From Nitrososphaera sp. (GTDB lineage Archaea > Thermoproteota > Nitrososphaeria > Nitrososphaerales > Nitrososphaeraceae), in the NCBI GenBank assembly GCA_036003785.1, contig DASYSB010000047.1, forward strand, positions 18,800-82,799: a stretch of DNA of 64,000 nt. Reading direction: 5' to 3'. Position 1 is the stretch's first letter. Every line of letters begins with the position of its first letter. The notes beneath the pieces were generated by a model. The model was not told where the DNA came from. It did not search any database and saw only the letters and a program-made list of their open reading frames with translations. The translations under genes and the position numbers were made by a program. Below are positions 43,662-53,945 of this stretch, piece after piece.

Positions 43662-45830
43662 ATGGGCGTCCTGACAAAGCAAGAGCTCGATTACCTTGAG
43701 GAAAACTTGAAGCGCAAGGCGAACGAGATCGAACAGGATATCGTCGGCGCGGAATGGTCAGAGCATTGTTCATACAAGTCGTCAAAAAAATACCTACGGT
43801 TATTGCCGACAAAGGGCCGCCGTGTCGTTGTAGGGCCAGGCTTTGACGCAGGCGTCCTTGACATTGGGGACGGCTATGTCCTAACTGTGCACATTGAAAG
43901 CCACAATCACCCATCTGCAGTAGAGCCCTTTGGCGGCGCCGCCACGGGCGTTGGAGGTGTAATCCGCGACATCATGGCGATGGGAACGCGGCCAATAGCA
44001 GTCCTTGATGCACTCCGCTTTGCTCCCATAACGGGCAAGAACAAGACTGTCGCAAAGTCGAAATGGCTGTTCAAAAATGTGGTCAAAGGCATCGCCGACT
44101 ATGGCAACTGCATCGGAATCCCGACTGTCGGGGGCGAAGTCGAATTTGATCCATCGTTTGAAGACTATTGCCTAGTTGACGTCGCATCCATTGGATTCGG
44201 TCGCAAAGAAGACATTATCGCAAACAAGGCCGACGTAGGCGATGTCGTTGTACTTGCTGGCGGCTCGACAGGCCGCGACGGGATACATGGCGCGTCATTC
44301 GCCTCAAAGGCGCTTGAAGCAGAAAACCGATCAGCTGTGCAGATTCCTGATCCTTTCCTTGAAAAGTTATTGCTCGAAGCGACGATGGAGGCAGTGAAGC
44401 AAGGCTGCATCAAAGGCATCAAGGACCTTGGCGGTGGAGGCCTATCGTGCTGCCTATCTGAAACTTCTGACAATCTGGGCAGAGGCTTTGACGTAGAACT
44501 CACAAGGGTGCATACGAGGGAAAGAGGCATGACTCCAAACGAGGTGATGATCTCGGAATCTCAGGAACGTATGCTCTACATCACAGACAAAGCAAGGCTG
44601 CCGGCGCTTCAGTCAATCCTTGACAAGTACGAGATCAGGCATTCAGTGCTAGGCGTCGTTCAGGAGCACCAAGATCTGGTTGTAAGGCACAGCGGCATGG
44701 TAGTGGCAGAGATGCCGTCGCACCTTATTGCACACGCGCCACTTGCAGATAGGGGAATCAGGCATCCCGCTTATCTGGACAAACTAAAAAGAGTAAAACA
44801 GCCAAAAACACCGGCGAACCTAGGCAAGGTCTTGCTGTCGCTTTTGTCAAACCCCACCATAGCAAGCAAACGCTGGATCTATCAACAGTATGACCACGAA
44901 GTGGGAGTGCGGACAGTGGTCAAGCCCGGGATGGGAGATGCCGCGGTCATGAGACTTGACAATGGCAAGTTTGTAGCGATAAAGCTCGACGGCAATTCTA
45001 AACACTGTTACCTTGACCCGTACCAGGGAACGCTTGGCTGCCTTTCTGAAGGTTGCAGAAACGTCATCTGCACCGGTGCAGAACCCGTAGGAGTTGTAGA
45101 CCATTTGCAGTTTGCCAACCCTGAAGATCCGGAAATATACTGGGCGTTTACTCAGGCGATAAGAGCCATAGTAGACTATTGCAAATTCATGGACATTCCT
45201 GTGGTCGGGGGCAAGGTGAGCTTTTACAACGAAACTGCCAAGGGACCAATCAAGCCGTCGCCCGTCCTGGGCACGCTTGGACTTGTACAAAGCGCGTCGC
45301 ACATCACCAGGCCTGCGCTGTCATCTGGCAACGCGATCTTTGTTGTTGGTCAGACAGTTCCTGAATTGGGCGGCTCTGAATATTACGAATACATTCACAA
45401 CCTAACAGGCGGCTCTGTTCCAAATGTCGACCTGGAGGTCGACAGGCGGAACGGAAATGCTATCCAGAATCTGATAAAGAGCGGTCTCGTTACCTGCGCG
45501 CACGACTGCTCAAAAGGTGGCCTTGCAGTGGCTCTTGCAGAAATGGCGCTCGCAGGGTCGACCGGCTTAAAAGTCGACCTTGATCTAGTTCCAAACTCGT
45601 GCAGCAGAACAGATGACCTGTTATTCTCCGAATCACATTCTCGATACATCGTGGGCACAAAAGACCCAGAGAAGGTACGCAAGGCACTGTTATCCTTAAA
45701 CGTGATGTTTGAGCAAATAGGAAGCGCCGCAAGCGCTGTCGAGTTCGCCAAAGGCAAGAAAAAGCTAATCAAGCTGACGCTTAAGCAATTGCAGACAAGC
45801 TATTATTCGCTTGAAAAGGTGATGCACTGA
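43662..45830 (+). CDS. purL: FGAM synthase synthetase subunit
   Basis: WSEHCSYKSS, ESHNHPS, GGVIRDI, TGRDGIHG, SESQERM, QQYDHEVG. Confidence 0.97.
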   Translation: MGVLTKQELDYLEENLKRKANEIEQDIVGAEWSEHCSYKSSKKYLRLLPTKGRRVVVGPGFDAGVLDIGDGYVLTVHIESHNHPSAVEPFGGAATGVGGVIRDIMAMGTRPIAVLDALRFAPITGKNKTVAKSKWLFKNVVKGIADYGNCIGIPTVGGEVEFDPSFEDYCLVDVASIGFGRKEDIIANKADVGDVVVLAGGSTGRDGIHGASFASKALEAENRSAVQIPDPFLEKLLLEATMEAVKQGCIKGIKDLGGGGLSCCLSETSDNLGRGFDVELTRVHTRERGMTPNEVMISESQERMLYITDKARLPALQSILDKYEIRHSVLGVVQEHQDLVVRHSGMVVAEMPSHLIAHAPLADRGIRHPAYLDKLKRVKQPKTPANLGKVLLSLLSNPTIASKRWIYQQYDHEVGVRTVVKPGMGDAAVMRLDNGKFVAIKLDGNSKHCYLDPYQGTLGCLSEGCRNVICTGAEPVGVVDHLQFANPEDPEIYWAFTQAIRAIVDYCKFMDIPVVGGKVSFYNETAKGPIKPSPVLGTLGLVQSASHITRPALSSGNAIFVVGQTVPELGGSEYYEYIHNLTGGSVPNVDLEVDRRNGNAIQNLIKSGLVTCAHDCSKGGLAVALAEMALAGSTGLKVDLDLVPNSCSRTDDLLFSESHSRYIVGTKDPEKVRKALLSLNVMFEQIGSAASAVEFAKGKKKLIKLTLKQLQTSYYSLEKVMH

Positions 45831-45884
45831 AGATATCTTTTTTAGAGCATCGTGCTAAACCTATCATATCTTGGGATGGCAGTA

Positions 45885-47321
45885 ATGGTTCATGAAAACT
45901 GCGGCGTAGTGGGCATCTTTTCTCTTGATGGGCACAATGTCCTACCGTTCGTAATTGACTCGCTGCGCGCACTACAGCACAGGGGTCAGGAGGCGTGGGG
46001 CATTGCGGTTCCAGGCAAGTCGCCTTTCCGGAGGCTAGGCCTTATTTCCTCTGCAGCGGCCGAGTTCCCGACTGTTGTCAAGAAGTACAAGTCCCACGCT
46101 GCAATAGGCCATGTCAGGTATTCCACACTTGGCAAGAGCACGCTTGAAAACGCCCAGCCACTCAAAGTCAAAGACCTGTGCGTAGCACACAATGGTACTA
46201 TTGCCAATGTTGAAGAGCTATCAGGAATGGTAGGTGGCTGCACCTTCACCCCACAGACAATGAGCGACACTCTGGTTGCGGCCCAGCGCCTCGTAATGCA
46301 CCTTGCAGACAAGGAAGACATGGCGGAGGCAATGCACATCCTGAAGGGTGAGATGGTCGGATCATTCTGCTTTACGTTTCTTACCGACGAGGGCTCTGTA
46401 TATGCAGCTAGAGATCCTCGCGGCTTCCGACCGCTCGTACTAGGACATCATCGTGAAACCAACACATACATGGTGGCTTCGGAGTCATGTGCGATGGCAG
46501 CAGTTGGCGCACAGCTTGTGCGCGATATTGAGCCGGGTGAGCTGGTAAAGATGAGCAAGGGTGGCATCAGCTCGCAGCAGTTTGCAAACGAAAAGCCACA
46601 CGCCCACTGCGCGTTTGAATATACTTATTTCGCACACCCATCAAGCATAATGGAAGGGATCAACATATATGCCGCAAGGAAAAGGATCGGGCAGTTTCTA
46701 GCGAAAAAATTTCCAATAGCAAACGCAGACGTTGTTGTACCAGTGCCGGACTCGGCAAGGCCTGCAGCACTTGGATATGCGCATGAGCTCGGACTGCCGT
46801 TCGAAGAGGGCCTGCTCAAGGATAGGTATAGCAAGAAGGGCTCTATGAGGAGTTTCATCGAGCCATACCAGAGCGACAGGGTCGAGATAAACAAGGGCAT
46901 AATACCTATTCGCGAAGTGGTTGAGGGAAAACATGTGATAGTGGTTGATGACAGCATCGTGAGAGGCACGAGCTCGGCCGAGATAATCAAGACACTTCGA
47001 ATGGTCGGGGCAAGCAAGGTGAGTCTTGTCGTCACTTACCCACCCATACGCTACCCTTGCTACGCGGGCATCGACTTTCCATCTCAGGAAGAACTGATTG
47101 CCCATCAGCACGGCGCAAATGAAGAATCTAACGCGACAATAGGTTCCCACGTTTCCCAGGTGATAGGCGCAGACTATGTCGCGTACAATGACACGGCCAA
47201 CCTTGCAAAGGCAATAGGCATGCCGGAAGAAGAGCTCTGCTTTACATGCTCTACAGGCAATTATACGTCGCTTGGCATTAGACCAGTGTTCAAATCAAGG
47301 ATACAGATGAAGGGCGAATAA
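45885..47321 (+). CDS. purF: Amidophosphoribosyltransferase
   Basis: ENCGVVG, QHRGQE, GHVRYST, HNG, CAFEYTYF, VDDSIVRGT. Confidence 0.97.
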   Translation: MVHENCGVVGIFSLDGHNVLPFVIDSLRALQHRGQEAWGIAVPGKSPFRRLGLISSAAAEFPTVVKKYKSHAAIGHVRYSTLGKSTLENAQPLKVKDLCVAHNGTIANVEELSGMVGGCTFTPQTMSDTLVAAQRLVMHLADKEDMAEAMHILKGEMVGSFCFTFLTDEGSVYAARDPRGFRPLVLGHHRETNTYMVASESCAMAAVGAQLVRDIEPGELVKMSKGGISSQQFANEKPHAHCAFEYTYFAHPSSIMEGINIYAARKRIGQFLAKKFPIANADVVVPVPDSARPAALGYAHELGLPFEEGLLKDRYSKKGSMRSFIEPYQSDRVEINKGIIPIREVVEGKHVIVVDDSIVRGTSSAEIIKTLRMVGASKVSLVVTYPPIRYPCYAGIDFPSQEELIAHQHGANEESNATIGSHVSQVIGADYVAYNDTANLAKAIGMPEEELCFTCSTGNYTSLGIRPVFKSRIQMKGE

Positions 47322-47354
47322 TCGCTTAAATATTCTCGGGCCATATTCCATTCA

Positions 47355-47726
47355 ATGCGCCTTGCGTTTGTCGTGGCGATAGCGGCAGGGATCGTTGCAG
47401 TAGCTCTGATCACAATGTTTGCTTCTGCTCTTCCTACAAAGGACTACGACCTGAGCGTCGACGCACTCAAGGACGAGCAGTCTCTTTATACCAATACGCG
47501 CGTTGTTGTCAAGAACATTGGAAGGCTTGCGCTAACCGATGTACTGGTCGACTATGGCAGCGAAAAAGAGCCGGTGATACCAGTACTCAAGCCGGGCGAA
47601 ACCATGAACTTCTCGCCTCCTGAAGGGGCGCAATTAGATAATGTCACGGTTACCGCCCAGCCCGGAATAAAGATAGTGCAGCCGTACCGCAGCCCGATAA
47701 AGCTGCCCGGGATGATAGGCTCCTGA
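47355..47726 (+). CDS. Membrane-anchored CARDB/Ig-like protein
   Basis: N-terminal TM; VVVKNIG...LKPGET. Confidence 0.7.
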   Translation: MRLAFVVAIAAGIVAVALITMFASALPTKDYDLSVDALKDEQSLYTNTRVVVKNIGRLALTDVLVDYGSEKEPVIPVLKPGETMNFSPPEGAQLDNVTVTAQPGIKIVQPYRSPIKLPGMIGS

Positions 47727-47755
47727 CCGCGTTTAAATAATCTGAAGACACATAA

Positions 47756-48184
47756 TTGATCGCGATGGAAAGGGATGCACACACGGATAGTGAAATAAAA
47801 AAATTCTATGATCTAAAAAATATCGCTGTCGTTGGCATGTCCAAGAACGAGGGCAAGGCCGCGCATTACGTGCCGAAATACCTAATCAACCACGGCTACA
47901 ATGTAATACCTGTTAACCCGACTTCAAGCGAAATTCAGGGACGGAAATCATATCCTTCCGTTAGCAATGTGCGGGACAAGATAGACATCGTGGACATTTT
48001 TAGGCCGTCAGAAGATGTGCTGCCAGTTGTGAAGGATGCCCTAAAGAAAGAGGGCATCAAGGTGATCTGGATGCAAGAGGGCATCTACAGTAAAGAGGGT
48101 GAGCGCATGGCAAGGGAAAAGAGCATCGAAGTGGTCTTTAACAGGTGCATGCTAGCTGAGCACGCGCGTCTATTTGCAGACTAG
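47756..48184 (+). CDS. CoA-binding protein (YccU family)
   Basis: IAVVGMS...VIPVNP...IDIVDIFRPS...IWMQEG...NRCM. Confidence 0.92.
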   Translation: MIAMERDAHTDSEIKKFYDLKNIAVVGMSKNEGKAAHYVPKYLINHGYNVIPVNPTSSEIQGRKSYPSVSNVRDKIDIVDIFRPSEDVLPVVKDALKKEGIKVIWMQEGIYSKEGERMAREKSIEVVFNRCMLAEHARLFAD

Positions 48185-48215
48185 ATTAAATTATACAACA
48201 TGAAATAAAGAGTGA

Positions 48216-48569
48216 ATGTCAAACATCGATACGATATTGGAGCGAGTCCGACCGGTTCTGGAAGATCTGGATAACAAGAACAGGATTTCGACAAAGGTGG
48301 GTGTCGACAGGGATGCAGGGATTATCCGGATCTATGGAGAAGACTCGGATCACATCAGTCGCGCTTCTTCCGGGTTAGCAGAAGTGCTCGAGCTTGCCTA
48401 CACTACAGCGGAGCACCACCCGTACTGGTCAGTATTGTATCATGCGGTTGAAATTTCAAAAATAGCTCTTGAAAAATGGAACTTGGACCTGACTGCCGAC
48501 CAGATAAGCGAAATGACGTGGCGCTGCAACGAGATCAAGATGGTCCTTGACAAGCTGTCACGCAAATGA
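48216..48569 (+). CDS. Hypothetical protein
   Basis: Coding-like ORF (AEHHPYWSVLY); no family recognised. Confidence 0.72.
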   Translation: MSNIDTILERVRPVLEDLDNKNRISTKVGVDRDAGIIRIYGEDSDHISRASSGLAEVLELAYTTAEHHPYWSVLYHAVEISKIALEKWNLDLTADQISEMTWRCNEIKMVLDKLSRK

Positions 48570-48643
48570 GGCTCTCTCAGGGCGTATGGGCATCTGACTA
48601 CATACAAGTCCTTTTAAAAAGGAAAAAGTGAAATCGTAGTACA

Positions 48644-49465
48644 GTGAGCTCTGCCGATCTTAAATGTCCAGTTTGTAGCAAGACGCTACAAGAATCTGAA
48701 TATCCTGATGCCAGTGAGCAGCTAGAAAGGCACATCTCGAAGCTTTTCAGAGAACAATCAAGGAAAAAAACACAGGAGTTTAATGATAAAATCTCAGAGC
48801 TAAAGGCGACTCATCGAAAAGATATGCAGGCAGCTGCAAAAAAATACGAAGTAGAGCGAAAATCGCTACAAAGGAGGCTTGAAGATCAGATAAGCAAGAA
48901 TCGGGAAATTCGTGAGAGAGACCTTCGAGAGGCAAAGAAGAACTACCAAATGCAGCTAGAAAATATCAGGAGTATTTATCAAGGCCAGATGGAGGAGATG
49001 AAAAAGAACTATGATCAAATGGTCAACAGTAATCAAACCCAGTTGGCCAAACTCCAGAAATGGCTACACGAGGAGCTTATTGACGAACCATTCAGAAAAA
49101 TCGCTCTGATAGAACAGGCAAAAACTTCTGCCGAGCAGAAGGTAGCTAATCTTGTCCAGCAGCTGAATGATAAGAACGCTGAAGTAATATCTTTGCACGA
49201 ACAAGTGAAAGGATTGGAAGACAAGGTCCCCAAAGAAGTGCGAGAGCAAATTGTTGAAGAAGAGAGCCCATTTGATCCCAAGTACCAGGCTACTCCAGAG
49301 GAGCCGGAGAGTTCTGAACAGAAGGAATGGCTTAATATGATAAAGGAACTGGCCCAGCAGCACGAGCTGCGCGATACCGGAGTGGAAGAAGATGCTGAAC
49401 CTGAATCTGAAGAACAGCAAAACTCTTGGGGATCCAAGGTAGCTAAAAAGTTCGGCCTGTTCTGA
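48644..49465 (+). CDS. Coiled-coil protein with N-terminal CxxC
   Basis: KCPVCSK followed by a long charged heptad region and an acidic tail. Confidence 0.78.
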   Translation: MSSADLKCPVCSKTLQESEYPDASEQLERHISKLFREQSRKKTQEFNDKISELKATHRKDMQAAAKKYEVERKSLQRRLEDQISKNREIRERDLREAKKNYQMQLENIRSIYQGQMEEMKKNYDQMVNSNQTQLAKLQKWLHEELIDEPFRKIALIEQAKTSAEQKVANLVQQLNDKNAEVISLHEQVKGLEDKVPKEVREQIVEEESPFDPKYQATPEEPESSEQKEWLNMIKELAQQHELRDTGVEEDAEPESEEQQNSWGSKVAKKFGLF

Positions 49466-49680
49466 GCTGGCCCAATCTTATCTTTCAGTAATTCAATATT
49501 GTGGACGTTCCATTTCCCATATTTGATTCCAAGTAAGAAAGATATATTTTGAGAAACCCCGGGCTAATTACATACATCTCAGTTCTTGGAGAGTTTGCAT
49601 CATTGGTTGGGCCCTTACTCTTATCTCCTACCGTCTCCAATGATCAGAGTATATAAATAATAACAGAGAGTGGAAAACCC

Positions 49681-50895
49681 ATGATAAAAATTGGGCTAAT
49701 TGGCAAGACCAATACTGGCAAGACAACATTCTTTAGTTCGGCTACACTACTTTCTGCCGAGATATCCAATTACCCATTTACCACAAAGCAACCAGCGATA
49801 GGCAACGCGCACGCGATCACACTCTGCGTCCACAAAGAATTCAACTTACAGGACCAACCCAAGAACTCTCGGTGTATCGATGGCTGGCGCTTTATCCCAG
49901 TCGAGCTAGTGGATCTTCCTGGCCTTATCAAAGGAGCGTGGGAGGGCAAAGGGCTTGGTAACCAGTTTCTTACGATAGCCGCGCAGTCTGACGCGCTACT
50001 TCACATAGTCGACGCCTCAGGAAGCATCGATGCGTCAGGGAGGATCGCCGAGCCGGGGACTGGCGATCCTGTTGCAGACGTCGCGGACATTGAAGAGGAA
50101 CTTGTCATGTGGTACCTGAAGCTTTTGGAAGCAAACCGGGACAAGATATCCCGAGCAATTGCTTCGGGCGTGGACACGATCTCGGCCATAACAGAAGTGT
50201 TCAGGGGTATTGGCGTACGTGAAGAACACGTCAAGCTGTCCCTTGCTCAGAACAATCTGACTATCATTCCATTTGACGACTTTGGGCCGCAGGAGAGCAA
50301 GGATTTTTGTTGGAGCCTGCGCGATATCTCAAAGCCTACATTGATCGTGGCTAACAAGGTGGACCTGCCGACTGCCACCGAGAACTTTAACAGGCTTCGG
50401 GAAGAGTACAAGGACGTAATAGTGGTGCCCGCAAGCGCGGACGCAGAACTGACCCTTAGGCGCGCAGAGAGCAGAGGAATAATTCGCTACCTGCCCGGTG
50501 ACGAGCGTTTTGAAATAAGCGACCAGACAAAGCTCAATGACAAGCAAAAATGGGCTCTGAACTTTATCCGCAAGGACATCCTTGGCGAATACATGCGCAC
50601 CGGCGTCCAGTTTGCCATAAACGTGGCAGTATTCAAATTGTTGAAAATGAACGCTGTTTATCCTATTGCAGACATTCAAAAGTTTTCAGACAAACATGGA
50701 AACGTGTTGCCTGACGTCTACCTGATGCGGTCAGGCTCGACCGTCGAGGATCTGGCGCGAGAAATACATAGCGAGCTGGCAAAGGGCATGCTCTATGCGC
50801 TAGACGGAAGGGACGGCCTCAGACTACCTATCAACTATCAGCTAAAGGATCGCGACGTGTTATCGATAGTCTCTGCACGGACAAAGAAAAAGTGA
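49681..50895 (+). CDS. ychF: OBG-family ATPase/GTPase YchF
   Basis: GKTNTGKTT, YPFTT, DLPG, NKVD, C-terminal TGS (LAREIHSEL). Confidence 0.93.
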   Translation: MIKIGLIGKTNTGKTTFFSSATLLSAEISNYPFTTKQPAIGNAHAITLCVHKEFNLQDQPKNSRCIDGWRFIPVELVDLPGLIKGAWEGKGLGNQFLTIAAQSDALLHIVDASGSIDASGRIAEPGTGDPVADVADIEEELVMWYLKLLEANRDKISRAIASGVDTISAITEVFRGIGVREEHVKLSLAQNNLTIIPFDDFGPQESKDFCWSLRDISKPTLIVANKVDLPTATENFNRLREEYKDVIVVPASADAELTLRRAESRGIIRYLPGDERFEISDQTKLNDKQKWALNFIRKDILGEYMRTGVQFAINVAVFKLLKMNAVYPIADIQKFSDKHGNVLPDVYLMRSGSTVEDLAREIHSELAKGMLYALDGRDGLRLPINYQLKDRDVLSIVSARTKKK

Positions 50896-51125
50896 TTGGC
50901 ATGGCAGACTTGATGCGTGAAATCGAGAGCATACTGCGGAAGAACCCTTCAAGAATGTACTCAAAAGAAGAGATACTGAACACTCTTGCGCCGAAAAAGA
51001 AGGATAAAGAGATCGAGCGCCTGCTGGCCGAGCTTGAAGTTGCAAGTTCGCTCAAGGAAAGCAGGTCTGATGTCTACGCGACCTGCAGGGGCGGAACCGT
51101 ATATTACAAATGGAACAAGATCTAG
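50892..51125 (+). CDS. Small winged-helix-like protein
   Basis: Coupled to ychF (GTGA overlap); GGTVYYKW wing. Confidence 0.65.
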   Translation: MIGMADLMREIESILRKNPSRMYSKEEILNTLAPKKKDKEIERLLAELEVASSLKESRSDVYATCRGGTVYYKWNKI

Positions 51126-51391
51126 TCTTCTTGTGGAAAGACTGCAATGCTCTTTAGGGACGAATAAACAGACAGATACCTCATGCCTTTTTCATTAGTC
51201 TTATAAGCTACATGTCTCTTGTCATCGTCAACAAGCTCTGTTATCAGTTTTTTCTCTATTAAAACGTCAAGGTATTGCCTTAACTGGCCACTTGTAAGGT
51301 TAGCGCGTGTAAGGAGCTTTGTTTTGGTTATCCCACCGTTAGCAGCCTCCAAAATGATGGCCATTATGTCGGGTCTGCTACGATTCTTCAC
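51122..51391 (-). CDS. Winged-helix transcriptional regulator (ArnR1-like)
   Basis: RSRPDIMAIILE...TKTKLL.RANL...YLDVL...YKTNEKG. Confidence 0.88.
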   Translation of the reverse strand: MKNRSRPDIMAIILEAANGGITKTKLLTRANLTSGQLRQYLDVLIEKKLITELVDDDKRHVAYKTNEKGMRYLSVYSSLKSIAVFPQED

Positions 51392-51477
51392 AAAGCGAGA
51401 AGGCGTCTAAGGATATAAATGATAATCGAAGCAACTTAGCAGACAAGCTAGTAGAATTAGTTTGATCAGTATATTAC

Positions 51478-52470
51478 TTGCTGCTGCGCGATCATGCCCA
51501 AATGCCGCAGCCAAATGGCTTCCTGTCGTTGCTCAAGTCTGAGGCCGGGTATATTTCTGGCCAGACGCTTGCAAAAAAGGCCGGCATTTCAAGGAGTGCC
51601 GCATGGAAGCAGATAAAGATGCTGCGCAGGTACGGATATGCAATTGAATCGCGGCGAGGGATAGGCTACAAGTTTGTTAGCCAGACCGACCTGCCAGTTC
51701 CTTGGGAGCTGGCAAGAGTTCTTCACACTTCATTTGTTGGTAAGCACGTCATCTACCGCGAAACCACGGATTCGACACAAAATCTTGCAATCTCGCTGGC
51801 GAGCAAGCCTGATTCGCATGGTACAGTCGTCATTGCTGAGCAACAAAAAAGTGGGCGCGGCCGGCAAAAGAGAAAGTGGTTGTCACCCAGAGGTGGCATA
51901 TGGCTCTCTGTGATCTTGAGACCCAACATACTTACCGCCAAAATAACGCTCCTGCCGTTTGGCGCTGCGCTTGCAGTATATGACGCGATAAAGACAACAG
52001 GACTTGACCCGCGGCTGAAGTGGCCAAACGATGTCATCATTTCCGACAAGAAGGTGGCTGGCATATTGCTTGACATTAGTGCACAGGCAGATCAGGTCAA
52101 CTATGTAGTAATTGGAATTGGGATAAATGCAAACGTCGATTCGTCAGCAATCTCTGCGCACCTTGACGGGATAAAAATCACTTCGATAAGTGACGAGCTT
52201 GGGCACACCGTAAGTAGGCTTGATCTGACAAGGTCGCTGCTCGAGAACATTGAACGCTATTACATAGAGATGGAACAGCAAGGAGTAGACACAATTTTAC
52301 AAAAATGGAAAAAAAGATCGGATATGCTGGGCCGCAAAGTAACAGTGGTCCAAAACAACAAAATCATTCAAGGCGTCGCTGCGGATGTCAACGACGACGG
52401 GTCGCTCTTGCTTCAGACCGGTCACGGTGTTGTCAATATTGTTTCCGGCGATATACATGTCAGGTACTGA
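51478..52470 (+). CDS. birA: Biotin-protein ligase with N-terminal HTH
   Basis: SGQTLAKKAGISRSAAWK, DSTQ, AEQQKSGRGR, KWPND, KVAGIL. Confidence 0.95.
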   Translation: MLLRDHAQMPQPNGFLSLLKSEAGYISGQTLAKKAGISRSAAWKQIKMLRRYGYAIESRRGIGYKFVSQTDLPVPWELARVLHTSFVGKHVIYRETTDSTQNLAISLASKPDSHGTVVIAEQQKSGRGRQKRKWLSPRGGIWLSVILRPNILTAKITLLPFGAALAVYDAIKTTGLDPRLKWPNDVIISDKKVAGILLDISAQADQVNYVVIGIGINANVDSSAISAHLDGIKITSISDELGHTVSRLDLTRSLLENIERYYIEMEQQGVDTILQKWKKRSDMLGRKVTVVQNNKIIQGVAADVNDDGSLLLQTGHGVVNIVSGDIHVRY

Positions 52471-52477
52471 GTTTTTG

Positions 52478-53839
52478 TTATTGTATAGCTTGAAAGTCCG
52501 ACGCCTTGCATATTATTGCAATGTCGTTTACGTTGGTACCCGTTTGTCCGGTAAAAATTAGTGAGTGCAACCTTTTGAAAGCATGATAGCTGTCATGGCT
52601 GCCAAGGTATTTTTGCAACTTCATATCTTTGGCAAGAGCAATTGTTTTTCGCGACACCAGCGCGCCGGCCGCATTAGAGTTGCCATCTTTGCCGTCAGTT
52701 CCCATGCATGCGAGCGTAATGTCTTGCCGTTTAAGCTCAAGTAAATATGCAAGCGCTGCTTCCTGATTCCTGCCTCCCACACCATTTGATCTATTCAACT
52801 TAACGGTGGTCTCGCCGCCAGCCACTATGGCAAAAGGTTTTGTGCGGCCAAGATCAAACCCAAGATGGGCTAAGTACTTGCCAAAATCTCTGGCTTGCCC
52901 GTCAAAGTTTGATCCTATGTGCACCGCCGACATACCCTGTTTTTCTAGGTAGCTCACAGCATTTGCACACGCGATAGCGTTGTTACCGATCATGAAATTG
53001 TGGACACGTGAAAACATCGGATCCAATGGCTTCGGCGTTTCCTTTATCACGCCCATAGTGCCACTGATAATGTGTGCAAGAACATCCTCCGGGCTCTTGA
53101 TGTAGTATTTCTTCAGGATTTTCAGGGCATCTGCAAATGTAGACCTATCAGGGCAGGTCGGACCAGAAGCAATCACCTCAAGATCATCGCCTACTACATC
53201 AGATAGGATCAGTGAAATAACGGTACACTCGCCTTTAATATGACGTAACAGCTGCCCTCCCTTGACTGCCGACAGATGTTTCCGGACGGTGTTTATCTCG
53301 TGGATAGAAGCGCCTGAGCGGAGGAGCAGGTTTGTGATTTTCTTCTTATCAGCCAGTGACACGCCAGATGCGGGAAGTGGCATCAATGCCGAACCGCCGC
53401 CCGAGATCAGAACAAAGACTAGATCGTTTTTCCGAACTTCCTTTAGGACATTCAGGATCTTTTTTGTGCCCTTGACTCCGGATCCGTCCGGCAATGGGTG
53501 TGATGCAAGCGTGACTGAAATACCTTTGATCTTTGTCTTAGTGCCGTAAGGGACGGTGATGGCACCGCGAACTGGTATGCCACGTAAGGTGAGGGCGAGG
53601 GCAGCGGCCATTCCTGCAGCTGCTTTGCCAGCTCCGACAAGATATACGCGTTCGAATTTCCGCGGCCTTATGATCTTGCCATTTATGTCGCGCACTGATA
53701 GTTCTTTGTTAAATTTTACCGCGCGCTTTACAAGAGCTGCTGGTCTGACGCTGTCAGTGGCTACTTCAAGAGCAGCAAGAACTAGCCGCGAAGACCTGTC
53801 GTTATGAAACCTGGTCAGCTCGCGTTCATTTATGATCAT
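52478..53839 (-). CDS. gck: Glycerate 2-kinase (MOFRL family)
   Basis: GAGKAA, ASHP, ISGGGSAL, RKHLSAVKGG, SDVVGDD, GGETTV, GGRNQE, GTDGKDG, TGTNVND. Confidence 0.92.
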   Translation of the reverse strand: MIINERELTRFHNDRSSRLVLAALEVATDSVRPAALVKRAVKFNKELSVRDINGKIIRPRKFERVYLVGAGKAAAGMAAALALTLRGIPVRGAITVPYGTKTKIKGISVTLASHPLPDGSGVKGTKKILNVLKEVRKNDLVFVLISGGGSALMPLPASGVSLADKKKITNLLLRSGASIHEINTVRKHLSAVKGGQLLRHIKGECTVISLILSDVVGDDLEVIASGPTCPDRSTFADALKILKKYYIKSPEDVLAHIISGTMGVIKETPKPLDPMFSRVHNFMIGNNAIACANAVSYLEKQGMSAVHIGSNFDGQARDFGKYLAHLGFDLGRTKPFAIVAGGETTVKLNRSNGVGGRNQEAALAYLLELKRQDITLACMGTDGKDGNSNAAGALVSRKTIALAKDMKLQKYLGSHDSYHAFKRLHSLIFTGQTGTNVNDIAIICKASDFQAIQ

Positions 53840-53945
53840 TCAATCATGACAGTCCACGCCACTTAATTTCTTTATCGTGTACAGGCAAAAGTCGCATCCT
53901 TCCCATGAACAATATAGGTTGTCAAATGCGATGAAATCCAAGTAG